DNA from: a bacterium
GTDB lineage: Bacteria > Patescibacteriota > Minisyncoccia > Minisyncoccales > RBG-13-42-11
DNA: 64,000 nucleotides
Assembly: GCA_043817685.1 (NCBI GenBank)
Contig: JBDRGQ010000004.1
Coordinates: 10,842 to 74,841 of the forward strand
Direction: 5' to 3'
Part shown: piece after piece, positions 35,222-44,548 of the stretch
Numbering within the stretch: the first letter of the stretch is position 1
How the letters are laid out: every line of letters begins with the position of its first letter
The notes under the pieces: generated by a model
Database searches by the model: none
Seen by the model: the letters and a program-made list of their open reading frames with translations, nothing else
What the model was told of the DNA's origin: nothing
Program-made: the position numbers and the translations under genes

Positions 35222-37498
35222 ATGGAAAAACTATTAACCAATATTACAAAATGGAGCATGTATCTTTTAATATTCTTGCTTCCTTTATTCTTTCTGCCTT
35301 TTTCGTTTGAGGCGTTTGAATTCAATAAACAATACTTAATGTTCTTTTTGGTTTCTTTGGGAGTTTTCTCTTGGTTAACCAAGATGATTCTGGTTGATAA
35401 GGAGATAAAATTCAAAAGGACTCCATTGGACGTATTTATTATTGTTTTTGTTATTTTGGCTATAATAGGAACCATATTTTCAGTAGATCCAAGTTCTTCT
35501 TTATTCGGATTCTACGGAAGATTCAGCAACGGATTGATCAGTCTGATTATTTTGGCAATAATGTACTTCTTTATCACCAATAACGTTTCTGTTGGAGAAG
35601 ATAAAAAAGGAGCAAAAGCAAATATTAAGATATCTTCTTTGTTAAACCTGTTTTCTGCTTCAATTTTTGTGACAGTTATATCCGCTTTCCTATCCTTGTT
35701 CGGATTATGGGGAAAGATAAATTCTTTACTCCCGGCGGATATCTCCCTTCCTACTGTGATGTTGCAAAGAACATTCAATCCTGCAGCCGGAAGCATGGAA
35801 GGATTATCAGTCTTTTTGGCAATATTCTTGGTTTATTTGATAGGAAGGATAATTAATAGATCAGGAGGATTCTTTAATTATCTTTTACTTTTTCTAATAA
35901 CTATATTCTTGATTCTGATTGATTTTACTGCAGTTTGGATAATAATCGGTCTGAGTTTAATTGTATTTTTAGGAATTGTTTTATGGAAAAGAATATTCAA
36001 AGAAGATGTGAACAAATTATTGCTGCCAATGATATTTGTTATTCTGTCTGTATTGTTTATCTCTATTAATACCGTAGATGTTCAGTCAAAACTTCTTGGT
36101 TTTCAGATGCCAAAAGAACAAGTAGTAAGCCAGAGACAAACATGGGTATCTACTTTCGGGTCGGCCACAGAAAACATTAAATCAGGAGTTTTGGGATCTG
36201 GCATAGGAACTTATCATTATGATTTCTCAAAATTCAAAACAGAAGGGTTTAATGAAAGCATTCTTTGGCAGATAAGATTTGATAGGGCAGGAAGCCATAT
36301 AGCAGAAATATTGGGAACCATGGGATTTTTGGGAATACTTTCTTATTTGGCTTTAATAGGATTCTTCTTAATGATTTGTTATTTCTTTTTCCAGCAAATC
36401 CAGAGAGGCATTCCATTAGCCATGATGTTTTTGGCTCTGTTGGTAGGGCAATTCTTCTTTTACCAAAATACAGTTTTGGCTTTTACTTTTTGGTTGATAT
36501 TAGGATTATCCGTTGTTAATTGGCAGAAACCTGTTAATGAAAAGAAAGTATCTTTTAAAGATTTCCCTGAATTATCCCTTATCTTCTCCGTTGTTCTGAT
36601 AGTTTTGGGATTGTTCATCATGACTTCTTATTTCTTTGCCGGTAAATTCTATATGGCAGATATTAATTACAAGAATGCCATAGGTCAGGAAAGAACAAAA
36701 ATTCTAGAAAAAGCAGCAGGGTTAAATCCTTATCAGGCCCAATACAAGATAATTTTAGCCAGGGATTACTTAAACAAGATAATTGTTGAAGGACAAAGAC
36801 CGGCTGATGAACAAAACCAGGCATTGTTATCGGATTATGTCCAGAAATCAATAGCTTATGTTAAGGGGGGACAGTTGGGAGGGAAAATTATTAAAGGAGC
36901 TGTAGAAATATCTCCAAAAAGAGTGGCAGCTTGGGAAACATTAGGCATGATTTACAGAGATATCCAAGGATTGGCCCAAGGAGCTTCAGACTGGGGAATT
37001 AAATCATTCCAGGAAGCAATAAGCTTAGAGCCGACCAATCCTGTTTTACGCACAGAATTGGGAAAACTGTATTTATCGTCTGACAAGAGGGAAGAAGCAA
37101 TAGATGAATTCAACACAGCTAAGCAATTAAAACCAAATTACGTTGACTCTTCTATCCAGCTTGCCTTACTGTACGAGTCAGAAAACAATCTTAATCAGGC
37201 AATTATAGAAATGGAAAACACAGAATCAGTTGTTCCCCTGAGCACAGAGGTTTTATTCCAATTAGGAAGGTTATACTTCAACAATAATCAGGTGGATGAC
37301 AGCATAAGTAAGCTTGAATTGGTAATAATCATTACGCCAGAACATGCCAATGCCCATTATTCTTTGGGGACAGCTTATCAAAAGAAAGGACAAATTTCAA
37401 AAGCCATTGCAGAGTTTGAAAAAGTGCTGGAATTAAATCCGGATAACACAGACGTAAAAAGTAAGATAAACAGCTTAAGAGGAAGTACTGAGGAATAA
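35222..37498 (+). CDS. O-antigen-ligase-like (Wzy_C) polytopic membrane protein with C-terminal TPR repeats
   Basis: The N-terminal two-thirds has about 12 TM segments with a large periplasmic loop. The C-terminal roughly 200 aa carries TPR-like repeats (AIDEFNTAKQLKPNY..., AHYSLGTAYQKKGQISKAIAEFEKVLELNPDN). Confidence 0.6.
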   Translation: MEKLLTNITKWSMYLLIFLLPLFFLPFSFEAFEFNKQYLMFFLVSLGVFSWLTKMILVDKEIKFKRTPLDVFIIVFVILAIIGTIFSVDPSSSLFGFYGRFSNGLISLIILAIMYFFITNNVSVGEDKKGAKANIKISSLLNLFSASIFVTVISAFLSLFGLWGKINSLLPADISLPTVMLQRTFNPAAGSMEGLSVFLAIFLVYLIGRIINRSGGFFNYLLLFLITIFLILIDFTAVWIIIGLSLIVFLGIVLWKRIFKEDVNKLLLPMIFVILSVLFISINTVDVQSKLLGFQMPKEQVVSQRQTWVSTFGSATENIKSGVLGSGIGTYHYDFSKFKTEGFNESILWQIRFDRAGSHIAEILGTMGFLGILSYLALIGFFLMICYFFFQQIQRGIPLAMMFLALLVGQFFFYQNTVLAFTFWLILGLSVVNWQKPVNEKKVSFKDFPELSLIFSVVLIVLGLFIMTSYFFAGKFYMADINYKNAIGQERTKILEKAAGLNPYQAQYKIILARDYLNKIIVEGQRPADEQNQALLSDYVQKSIAYVKGGQLGGKIIKGAVEISPKRVAAWETLGMIYRDIQGLAQGASDWGIKSFQEAISLEPTNPVLRTELGKLYLSSDKREEAIDEFNTAKQLKPNYVDSSIQLALLYESENNLNQAIIEMENTESVVPLSTEVLFQLGRLYFNNNQVDDSISKLELVIIITPEHANAHYSLGTAYQKKGQISKAIAEFEKVLELNPDNTDVKSKINSLRGSTEE

Positions 37499-37555
37499 GA
37501 TTTTTCAGGCAATGGATCCAAAGATTCATCTTTTGCCCAAATAAATTTTCGTCTA

Positions 37556-37584
37556 TTGACGGATTTTGTTGGATAGTGTATGAT
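37556..37584 (+). promoter_or_regulatory. Sigma70-type promoter for rpoBC
   Basis: TTGACG, a 17-nt spacer, then TATGAT. It lies about 180 nt upstream of the rpoB ATG. Confidence 0.5.
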
Positions 37585-37766
37585 TAATTTTACTTGTCGA
37601 GTCACGCGTAGCCTGGTAAGGCTGAAGATGAGATTTATTCCATCACCTGTTTTAGATTAAAAGGGTTTTTAATTTTTCATAATAATTTTGTTTTTACCCC
37701 CCTTTTTGTAAAATTTGAACCATCGTTTACCCTAAATTTTTTAATTGGGGTATTTTTCGTATTTAT

Positions 37767-40700
37767 ATGGTCTTCCAAAAAGTAAAAAATTTCACTAAGT
37801 CAAAAGTAGAACTAAAACTTCCCTATTTACTTGGTGTCCAGAAAGACAATTGGAAGCTTTTTTGGGATAGAGATTTGAAAGAATTATTTCATGAAGTTTC
37901 TCCCTTAAGAGACTATACTGGAAAAGAATTGGAACTTTGGTTTACTGATTTCAAGCTAGACGAATCTAAATATAAGACTGATTTGGAAGCCAAAAAGAAC
38001 AATGATTCTTACGAAGCTTCCTTGAGAGTAAAAGCCAAACTCGTTAACTTAAAGACAAAAGAGATTAAAGAACAAGAAGTCTTTTTATGCGATTTCCCCT
38101 TAATGACAGAAAGGGGAACTTTTGTTGTTAACGGCGTAGAAAGAGTAACCATATCCCAGCTGATTCGTTCATCTGGGGCTTTTTTTACTTCGCAAAGAGC
38201 CGGAGGGAGAAATGTTTTCGGAGCCAAGATTATCCCCAACAGAGGAGCCTGGTTGGAGTTTGAAACAGAGAGTTCAGGAGCTATTGCAGTAAAAATAGAC
38301 AGGAGAAGAAAAGTAATGGCTACTACTATATTGAGGGCTTTTGGAGCCGGGGATGAAAAAGCTATTAAGAATTTGTTTAAAGATATTGATACCAAAGAAG
38401 ATGTTAAATATATAGAAGAGACCTTGAAAAAAGATACAGTAGCCAATCAGGGAGAAGCTTTTGTAGAAATATATCAAAGATTAAGACCAGGGGATTTGGC
38501 CACTCCAGATACGGCAAAAGAACTGATAGAAAATATGTTCTTTAATTTTGAAAGGTATGATCTGTCTAAAGTGGGAAGATGGAGAATGTGGCAAAGACTT
38601 CCTAATTTGAAGAGAAAAAAGAACGGAGACGAGATAGAAACCAAAGACAGAGTTTTGAGGTTAGAAGACGTAATAGAGGTTATAAAGGAAATAATACGTT
38701 TAAATAACACACCAGGAGCTAAACCCGATGAAATAGACCACTTGGGAAACAGAAGAGTTAGGACTTTGAATGAATTACTGCAAAACAGATTAAGAGTTGG
38801 TCTTATGAGAATGGAAAGAATTATTAAAGATAGAATGTCCACTTTAGATGTTTATACTTTAACTCCTAATCAGTTGATTAATCCAAGGCCGTTTATGGCA
38901 GTTGTAAAGGAATTCTTTACTTCTTCCCAGATGTCCCAATTCATGGACAACGAAAATCCATTGGCCGAACTGGAACATAAGAGAAGGTTGTCGGCCACAG
39001 GCCCTGGAGGATTAACCAGAGAAAGAGCAGGGTTTGAAGTTAGAGACGTTCAGCCTTCCCATTACGGAAGAATCTGCCCTATCCAAACTCCAGAAGGGCC
39101 TAATATCGGTCTGGTGGGACATATGGCTTCATATTCTAAAATTAATAAATATGGGTTTTTAGAAACTCCTTATTTTAAAGTTAATAAAAACAAAGTAACT
39201 TCCAAGGTAGAATATTTAAACGCTTACCAAGAAGAACAAAATAATATTGCTTCGGGCTCTGTTCCTTTAGATAAAGACGAGAAGATAGTTCCTCAGAAAG
39301 TAGAAGCTAGAATAAAAGGAGAGCCAGGAATGATTGAAAAAGAAAAAATAGATTATATTGATGTTTCTTCTGAGCAGTCTATTTCTATAGCAACTTCTTG
39401 TATTCCATTTTTGCAGAATGATGATGCTAACCGTGCTTTAATGGGATCCAATATGCAGAGGCAGTCTGTTCCATTGATTGACCCTGATCCTCCAATTGTT
39501 TCTACCGGAGTGGAAGATGTGATAGCCAGAGATTCTGGTCAGGTTATACTTTCTGAAGCAGACGGAACAGTTATGGGGGTGGACGCAGACCATATCATTA
39601 TTAAACTCACTGGAAAACAAAAGAATATTACATATGATTTAAGAACCTTTATCAGAACTAACCAATATACTTGCTTCCACCAAAAACCAATAGTCCAAAA
39701 AGGACAAAAGGTAAAAAAGGGAGAAGTGCTTACTGACGGTGGATCCATATCTCAGGGAGTGCTTTCTTTGGGAAAGAATGTTTTAGTAGCTTTTATGTGT
39801 TGGAGAGGGGGTAATTTTGAAGATGCAATTGTTATTTCAGAAAGATTAGTCAAGAACGACGCATATACGTCTATACATATAGAAAGTTTTACTTGCGATG
39901 TCAGAGAAACAAAACTTGGTCCTGAAGTAACCACTCCTGACATTCCCAATGTTTCAGAAGAAAAGCTTAAAGATTTGGACGAAGAAGGAATAATCAGGGT
40001 TGGAGCAGAGGTAGAGCCAAACGATATTTTAATAGGAAAAATTTCACCCAAAGGTGAGGCTGACCTAACCGCAGAAGAAAGATTATTAAGAGCTATTTTT
40101 GGAGAGAAATCCAGAGAAGTCAAAGATTCATCTTTATTAATGCAACATGGGAAAAGGGGAAGAGTCATTGGCGTTAAAATATTCTCCAGAGAATTCGGGC
40201 ACAAACTGGAGCCAGGAGTTATTAAAAAAATAGAAGTAGAAGTGGCTCAGTTAAGAAAGGTTACAGCTGGAGATAAATTGGCCGGAAGACACGGAAACAA
40301 AGGCGTTATCTCAGTTGTTTTGCCGGAAGAAGAAATGCCTTTTATGGAAGATGGAACTCCAGTAGACATTATTTTGAATCCTATCAGCGTTACTTCAAGA
40401 ATGAATTTAGGACAGATTTTAGAAACTCATTTAGGATGGGCAGCTAATAAATTAGGGTACAGAGCAATTACCCCTTCTTTAGCCGGAGCCAAAGAAGAAG
40501 ACATTAAGCGAGAATTGAAAGAAGCAGGATTGTCAGAAGACGGAAAAATACAATTGTTTGACGGAAAGACGGGTCAGCCGTTTCCAAAACATATTACTGT
40601 GGGCTACATATATATGATGAAATTGATTCATATGGTGGAAGATAAAATACATATGAGATCTATTGGGCCCTATTCTTTAATTACCCAGCAGCCCTTGGGA

Positions 40701-40967
40701 GGCAAGGCTCAATTCGGAGGACAGAGATTCGGAGAAATGGAAGTCTGGGCATTGGAAGGATATGGAGCAGCTCATATTCTGCAGGAAATGTTGACCATTA
40801 AATCCGACGATGTTTCAGGAAGAGCAACTACATACGAATCAATATTAAAGGGAGAGGCAATTAAGAGTCCCAACATTCCTGCCGCTTTTAACTTATTAGT
40901 AGCTGAAATCAAAGCCCTTGGCTTAAGCGTCGAAGTAAGAGAAAAACCAAAAGAAAAGAGACAATAA
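37767..40967 (+). CDS. rpoB: DNA-directed RNA polymerase subunit beta
   Basis: Conserved RpoB blocks are present throughout (GTFVVNGVERV, NMQRQ, RHGNKGV, GGQRFGEME). Confidence 0.95.
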   Translation: MVFQKVKNFTKSKVELKLPYLLGVQKDNWKLFWDRDLKELFHEVSPLRDYTGKELELWFTDFKLDESKYKTDLEAKKNNDSYEASLRVKAKLVNLKTKEIKEQEVFLCDFPLMTERGTFVVNGVERVTISQLIRSSGAFFTSQRAGGRNVFGAKIIPNRGAWLEFETESSGAIAVKIDRRRKVMATTILRAFGAGDEKAIKNLFKDIDTKEDVKYIEETLKKDTVANQGEAFVEIYQRLRPGDLATPDTAKELIENMFFNFERYDLSKVGRWRMWQRLPNLKRKKNGDEIETKDRVLRLEDVIEVIKEIIRLNNTPGAKPDEIDHLGNRRVRTLNELLQNRLRVGLMRMERIIKDRMSTLDVYTLTPNQLINPRPFMAVVKEFFTSSQMSQFMDNENPLAELEHKRRLSATGPGGLTRERAGFEVRDVQPSHYGRICPIQTPEGPNIGLVGHMASYSKINKYGFLETPYFKVNKNKVTSKVEYLNAYQEEQNNIASGSVPLDKDEKIVPQKVEARIKGEPGMIEKEKIDYIDVSSEQSISIATSCIPFLQNDDANRALMGSNMQRQSVPLIDPDPPIVSTGVEDVIARDSGQVILSEADGTVMGVDADHIIIKLTGKQKNITYDLRTFIRTNQYTCFHQKPIVQKGQKVKKGEVLTDGGSISQGVLSLGKNVLVAFMCWRGGNFEDAIVISERLVKNDAYTSIHIESFTCDVRETKLGPEVTTPDIPNVSEEKLKDLDEEGIIRVGAEVEPNDILIGKISPKGEADLTAEERLLRAIFGEKSREVKDSSLLMQHGKRGRVIGVKIFSREFGHKLEPGVIKKIEVEVAQLRKVTAGDKLAGRHGNKGVISVVLPEEEMPFMEDGTPVDIILNPISVTSRMNLGQILETHLGWAANKLGYRAITPSLAGAKEEDIKRELKEAGLSEDGKIQLFDGKTGQPFPKHITVGYIYMMKLIHMVEDKIHMRSIGPYSLITQQPLGGKAQFGGQRFGEMEVWALEGYGAAHILQEMLTIKSDDVSGRATTYESILKGEAIKSPNIPAAFNLLVAEIKALGLSVEVREKPKEKRQ

Positions 40968-40972
40968 TAAGT

Positions 40973-43900
40973 ATGTATGTATCAGATATAGAAGCCATTA
41001 AAATAAAGCTAGCTTCTCCAGATGAAATCATAAATTGGTCTAAGGGAGAGGTTACGAAACCAGAAACAATTAATTATAGAACTCAGAGATCTGAGAAAGA
41101 CGGTTTGTTTTGCGAAAAGATATTCGGTCCCACAAAGGACTACGAATGTTATTGCGGAAAATACAAGAGAATACGCTATAAAGGAATGGTTTGCGACAGA
41201 TGCGGAGTGGAAGTTACTAAAGCTGCTGTTCGTAGGGAAAGAATGGGCCATATTAAATTATCTAGTCCTTGTTCTCACATTTGGTTTTTAAGAGGAGTTC
41301 CTTCAAGAATGGGAATGGTTTTGAATATCCCAATGCAGCAATTGGAAAAAGTAATATATTTTGCTTCTTATATAATAACTAGTGTGAATGAAGACGCCAA
41401 AAAGAGGATTTTAGACGATATAGAAAAAGAATACAAGCAAAAAGTAAAAGAGCAGAAAGGAGCTAAAAAGAAAGAAACGGTAAGTCTTGGAGATCTAAAA
41501 TCTGCCAGAGACAGGGCCAAAGAAGAAATAAATAGCTTGGTTTTGATGAAAGTATTATCGGAAATAGATTATCACAGGCTTTCCATGAAATACGGGGAAG
41601 CGTTTGAAGCCGGAACTGGAGCAGAAGTTTTAGAAGGAATATTTAAAAAAATAGATTTAAAGAAAGAAATAAATAAATTGCAGGCTGAACTAAAAGAATC
41701 ACAGCCGGCAAACAGAAGAAAGATATTGTTAAGATTAAGATTGTCTAAAGGAATGCTAAGGGCCGGAATAAGGCCAGAATGGATGTTCCTTTCAGTGTTG
41801 CCCGTTATCCCTCCGGATTTGAGGCCAATGGTTCAATTAGACGGAGGAAGATATGCTTCTTCTGATTTGAATGATTTATACAGAAGAGTTATAAATCGTA
41901 ACAATCGTTTAAAATATTTGTTGGAGATAGGTTCCCCCGAAGTTATTGTCAGGAACGAAAAGAGAATGTTACAAGAAGCTGTAGACGCTTTGATAGACAA
42001 CAGCATGAGAAAGGGGACTACGACTGTAGCCACCACAGGAGGAAAGAGATTATTAAAGTCTTTGGCCGATATCTTAAAAGGAAAACAAGGCAGATTCAGA
42101 CAGAATCTTTTAGGTAAAAGAGTAGACTATTCTGGAAGGTCAGTTATTGTTGTAGGTCCTGAAATGAAGCTTAGCCAGGTTGGGTTGCCTAAAATAATGG
42201 CTTTGGAATTATTTAAGCCTTTTATAATAAACAAGATATTGGAAAGAGAACTGGCTTATAACGTAAGGGGAGCTTCCAGATTAATAGAAGAACAGACGGA
42301 CGAAGTATGGGCTATTTTAGAAGAAGTTGTAGCTAATAAAGTAGTAATGCTAAATAGGGCTCCTACTTTACACAGGCTCGGAATCCAAGCTTTTTATCCT
42401 ATTTTAATAGAAGGAGAAGCAATAAAATTACACCCTATGGTTTGTAAAGCTTTTAATGCTGACTTTGACGGAGACCAAATGGCAGTCCATTTACCTTTAT
42501 CAGAATTAGCCCAGAAAGAAGCCAGGGAATTAATGCTTTCCACTTCAAACCTTTTAAAACCTGCCACCGGAACTCCTATAGTTACTTTGCACCAAGATAT
42601 GGCTTTGGGTTGTTATTTCTTAACCAAGATAACGGATGGCCTTAAAGGGGAAGGAAAAGCATTTGCTTCGCCTGACGAAGCTATCATGGCCTATGAGATA
42701 GGAGATATAGAATTGAAAGCCAAGATAAAAGTTAAATTGCCCAAAGAAAAGAAATTAATAGAAACTAGTGTTGGTAGGATAATTTTTAATGAAGCCATAC
42801 CAGAAGAACTTCCTTTCCAGAATTCTGAGATAAAGATAAAAGATTTGGAAAAAAATACCAGAGATATTTTAAGAAAATACGGGAATGAAAAAACAGAAGC
42901 TTTCTTGGATAAAGTAAAATCATTAGGATTTGAATATTCAACCTGGTCAGGCGTTTCTTGGGGAATGGATGATTTGGTTGTTCCTCCTGAAAAAGAAAAT
43001 ATAGTCAAAGAAGCAGAAGTAGAAGTTGAAAAGATAGAAGAACACTATAAAAAAGGACTTTTGTCTAAAGAGGAAAAAGGAGCAAAAGTAATTGAAATAT
43101 GGAGCAGAGTTAAATCAAAAATAGAGGAATTAGTTCCAAAAACACTTCCAGAAGACGGTTCAGTCTTTCAAATTATTACTTCAGGAGCTAAAGGTTCTTG
43201 GGGGCAACCTGTTCAGATGAGCGGTATGAAAGGATTGGTGATTAACCCCGCTGGACAGATTATTGAATTGCCCGTGAAAAGTTCCTTTAAAGAAGGGTTT
43301 GACGTGTTGGAATACTTTATTTCCACTCACGGTGCCAGAAAAGGAACAGCGGATACGGCTTTGCGTACTTCAACAGCGGGATACCTAACAAGAAGATTGG
43401 TAGATGTTTCCCACGATATTATTATTACAGAAGAAGACTGCAAAGATTCAGAAGGAATGGTTTTATACAGAAAGGATGCAGATGAATTAGGTCAGAATTT
43501 CGCTTACAAAATTTTAGGAAGAGTAATATTAGATTCTATCCCAAAGATATGCAAAAAGGGAGATTTTTTAGATTGGGATAAAACAGAAAAGATAATAGAA
43601 ACTGGAATTGAAAAGATTACGGTAAGATCAACTTTAACTTGTAAATCTCAGAGAGGAGTATGCCAGAAATGTTATGGATGGGATTTAGGGCATAATAAAT
43701 CAATTGAGCTTGGAGAAGCAGTGGGAATCGTAGCTGCTCAAGCTATTGGAGAACCAGGAACTCAGCTAACCATGAGAACTTTCCACACGGGAGGGGTAGC
43801 AGGCGGAGGAGATATTACTATGGGCCTTCCTAGGGTTCAGGAAATATTTGAAGCTAGAACTCCTAATGGAAAGGCAGAAATATCCCAGATAGACGGAAAA

Positions 43901-44548
43901 ATTATTGAGATAACTGAGGATAAAGTAATTAAGATAAAACCCAAAGAGTTAAAGAATAAGAAAGCAGATTTATTAGAATATAAGATTAATCTTAAAGCAG
44001 CTGTTTGGGTTAATGTTGGGGATGAAGTTAAAAAAGGACAGCAGTTGTGCGAAGGCAACTTGGATTTGAAAGAATTATTCAAATTAACAGATGTAGAAAA
44101 CACTCAAAGATATATTATAAGAGAAATACAAAAAATATACGTTTCTCAAGGCGCTTTAATCCATGATAAGCATGTAGAGGTTATCTGCCGTCAGATGTTT
44201 TCAAGAATAAGGATTAAAGACCCTGGAGATTCTTTCTTCAGCATTGGAGAAATAGTGGAAAATTCGAAAATAGCAGAGGAAAATGCTAAACTTAAGAAAG
44301 ATGGAAAAAAACAAACAAAAGCTGTCCCTGTTTTATTGGGTATTTCCAGAGTAGCCTTGACCACAGACAGTTTCTTGTCAGCGGCCTCTTTTCAGGAAAC
44401 CTCCCGTGTTCTGATTAGAGCGGCTTTAGAGGGAAAAGAGGACAGGTTGAAAGGATTGAAAGAAAACGTGATAATTGGTAAACTAATACCAGCAGGCACA
44501 GGATTTAGACATGAAAAAGAAAAACAGCAAAAAAAGAGCTCTCAATAG
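40973..44548 (+). CDS. rpoC: DNA-directed RNA polymerase subunit beta'
   Basis: The zinc-binding N-terminus is present (CEKIFGPTKDYECYCGKYKR...CDRCGVEV). The catalytic NADFDGDQM motif is present. Confidence 0.95.
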   Translation: MYVSDIEAIKIKLASPDEIINWSKGEVTKPETINYRTQRSEKDGLFCEKIFGPTKDYECYCGKYKRIRYKGMVCDRCGVEVTKAAVRRERMGHIKLSSPCSHIWFLRGVPSRMGMVLNIPMQQLEKVIYFASYIITSVNEDAKKRILDDIEKEYKQKVKEQKGAKKKETVSLGDLKSARDRAKEEINSLVLMKVLSEIDYHRLSMKYGEAFEAGTGAEVLEGIFKKIDLKKEINKLQAELKESQPANRRKILLRLRLSKGMLRAGIRPEWMFLSVLPVIPPDLRPMVQLDGGRYASSDLNDLYRRVINRNNRLKYLLEIGSPEVIVRNEKRMLQEAVDALIDNSMRKGTTTVATTGGKRLLKSLADILKGKQGRFRQNLLGKRVDYSGRSVIVVGPEMKLSQVGLPKIMALELFKPFIINKILERELAYNVRGASRLIEEQTDEVWAILEEVVANKVVMLNRAPTLHRLGIQAFYPILIEGEAIKLHPMVCKAFNADFDGDQMAVHLPLSELAQKEARELMLSTSNLLKPATGTPIVTLHQDMALGCYFLTKITDGLKGEGKAFASPDEAIMAYEIGDIELKAKIKVKLPKEKKLIETSVGRIIFNEAIPEELPFQNSEIKIKDLEKNTRDILRKYGNEKTEAFLDKVKSLGFEYSTWSGVSWGMDDLVVPPEKENIVKEAEVEVEKIEEHYKKGLLSKEEKGAKVIEIWSRVKSKIEELVPKTLPEDGSVFQIITSGAKGSWGQPVQMSGMKGLVINPAGQIIELPVKSSFKEGFDVLEYFISTHGARKGTADTALRTSTAGYLTRRLVDVSHDIIITEEDCKDSEGMVLYRKDADELGQNFAYKILGRVILDSIPKICKKGDFLDWDKTEKIIETGIEKITVRSTLTCKSQRGVCQKCYGWDLGHNKSIELGEAVGIVAAQAIGEPGTQLTMRTFHTGGVAGGGDITMGLPRVQEIFEARTPNGKAEISQIDGKIIEITEDKVIKIKPKELKNKKADLLEYKINLKAAVWVNVGDEVKKGQQLCEGNLDLKELFKLTDVENTQRYIIREIQKIYVSQGALIHDKHVEVICRQMFSRIRIKDPGDSFFSIGEIVENSKIAEENAKLKKDGKKQTKAVPVLLGISRVALTTDSFLSAASFQETSRVLIRAALEGKEDRLKGLKENVIIGKLIPAGTGFRHEKEKQQKKSSQ

